A DNA stretch of 63,142 bases, the filler included, from Sphacelaria rigidula (taxonomy: Eukaryota), in assembly GCA_964200075.2 (NCBI GenBank). It is 6 parts of 6 records of this genome, joined end to end, with 100 filler letters (N's around TTAATTAATTAA, not from the genome) between each part and the next. Parts side by side here need not be neighbours in the genome. Positions count along the whole stretch, not along the records: positions 52,703 to 63,142 come from CAXNAA020006490.1; 5 more parts are not named here. One strand, given 5' to 3'. This document shows, piece after piece, positions 63,076 through 63,142 of this stretch. Under the pieces are notes generated by a model. The model was not told where the DNA came from. It saw only the letters and a program-made list of their open reading frames with translations, and made no database searches. Position 1 is the stretch's first letter. Every line of letters begins with the position of its first letter. The translations under genes and the position numbers were made by a program.

Positions 63076-63142
63076 AACAGCCAATCATCTATGTTGAGGA
63101 TGGTGCTTTTGATTGAGGATGAGAACCCGGAGGATTAAAATC

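Overview
Eukaryotic, repeat-rich DNA, most likely from a brown alga (Phaeophyceae). This is inferred from an EsV-1-7 repeat gene, intron-rich genes and the repeat landscape. The window is not one locus. It is six unrelated ~10.44-kb scaffolds (10441, 10441, 10440, 10440, 10440, 10440 bp) joined by 100-nt N/TTAATTAATTAA spacers, so nothing across a spacer is syntenic. Best-supported content: six exons of a signal peptide peptidase (A22B; YD, GLGD and QPAL motifs) at 32732-40960; an intronless EsV-1-7 Cys/His-repeat gene with a nonsense codon in its first repeat (48344-49753, minus); and a highly decayed Ty3/Gypsy pol (minus) followed by a 132-bp tandem array and an opposite-strand exon. The rest is LINE remnants, tRNA-derived SINEs, an LTR pair, many TIR/foldback MITE families (including a triple nest at 60.5-62.7 kb) and a few orphan exons. 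I found no rRNA, intact tRNA or CRISPR array. I cannot support a clear novel multi-gene system; the most notable items are mobile-element architectures.
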